From an uncultured Candidatus Obscuribacterales bacterium (GTDB lineage: Bacteria; Cyanobacteriota; Vampirovibrionia; Obscuribacterales; Obscuribacteraceae), in contig CAZJLR010000003.1 in assembly GCA_964546815.1 (NCBI GenBank), positions 1-42,190 on the forward strand: DNA of 42,190 bases, read 5' to 3'. Both the position numbers and the translations under genes were made by a program. A model generated the notes under the pieces. That model made no database searches and was not told the origin of the DNA. It saw only the letters and a list, made by a program, of their open reading frames with translations. Of the stretch, positions 42,068 to 42,190 are shown in pieces (positions within the stretch are counted from its first letter, which is position 1; each line of letters begins with the position of its first letter).

Positions 42068-42180
42068 AGATTTTCTGACAGAATTTTGCGGGGTCAGAAA
42101 AACATCGATTTTATACCCACAAAGTCAGAAGCGCATGTTTTTCTGACATTTCCGCGCCTTGTCAGAAAAACATTGATTTT
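42068..42180. promoter_or_regulatory. Duplicated inverted-repeat (operator-like) elements in the recN upstream region.
   Basis: The first inverted repeat is TTTTCTGACA at 42070-42079, a 13-nt spacer, then GTCAGAAAA at 42093-42101. The second is ATGTTTTTCTGACA at 42135-42148, an 11-nt spacer, then TGTCAGAAAAACAT at 42160-42173. A 20-nt direct repeat GTCAGAAAAACAT(C/T)GATTTT occurs at 42093-42112 and at 42161-42180. Confidence 0.5.
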
Positions 42181-42190
42181 CATCCTACAA

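Overview
This is a 42 kb bacterial chromosomal window with about 47% GC and dense coding on both strands. Several features point to a Cyanobacteria/Melainabacteria-like lineage, but that is inference only: a tmRNA tag beginning ANN-, an SLH-domain protein, many Hanks-type Ser/Thr kinases, and TPR proteins.

Housekeeping genes that can be identified:
- recN
- rplY (L25/Ctc)
- tRNA-Gln(UUG)
- prmA
- a saccharopine-dehydrogenase-family oxidoreductase
- a GT2 polyprenol-phosphate mannosyltransferase-like gene
- a GatD/CobQ-like glutamine amidotransferase
- an IMPase-family phosphatase
- a di-heme cytochrome c
- an orphan NarL-type response regulator
- an orphan sensor histidine kinase

The ORF track misses a tmRNA gene (ssrA) on the minus strand at 22949..23342, which encodes the tag ANNVVQLRPAMRLAA.

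Accessory or unusual content:
- A protein with an eRF1/Pelota domain-3-like C-terminus (baeRF-like) sits next to a tandem array of three UspA genes.
- A signalling island at 16.9-25.8 kb holds two overlapping membrane-anchored kinase-like paralogs with PH-like modules and an atypical HRDxTPDN catalytic loop.
- That island also holds an EF-hand plus calpain-like (C2) cysteine protease, the tmRNA, and a canonical Ser/Thr kinase with TPR repeats.
- Three secreted or membrane low-complexity proteins are present: Q/N plus RGG-rich, His/Gly-rich, and G/Y/N-rich.
- A roughly 1070-aa polytopic protein carries VIT and vWA-like domains and a C-terminal anchor.

Non-coding structure:
- A 21-bp perfect palindrome family (GGGCGACGC[C]ATG[G]CGTCGCCC) occurs in three copies, two of them nested as a larger inverted repeat.
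- A 17-bp tandem repeat sits adjacent to that palindrome pair.
- A roughly 50-nt terminator-like element is duplicated.
- A minus-strand intrinsic terminator lies next to direct repeats with no annotated gene.
- Duplicated inverted repeats (TTTTCTGACA-N-TGTCAGAAAA) lie upstream of recN.

No CRISPR array, transposase or integrase was recognised.
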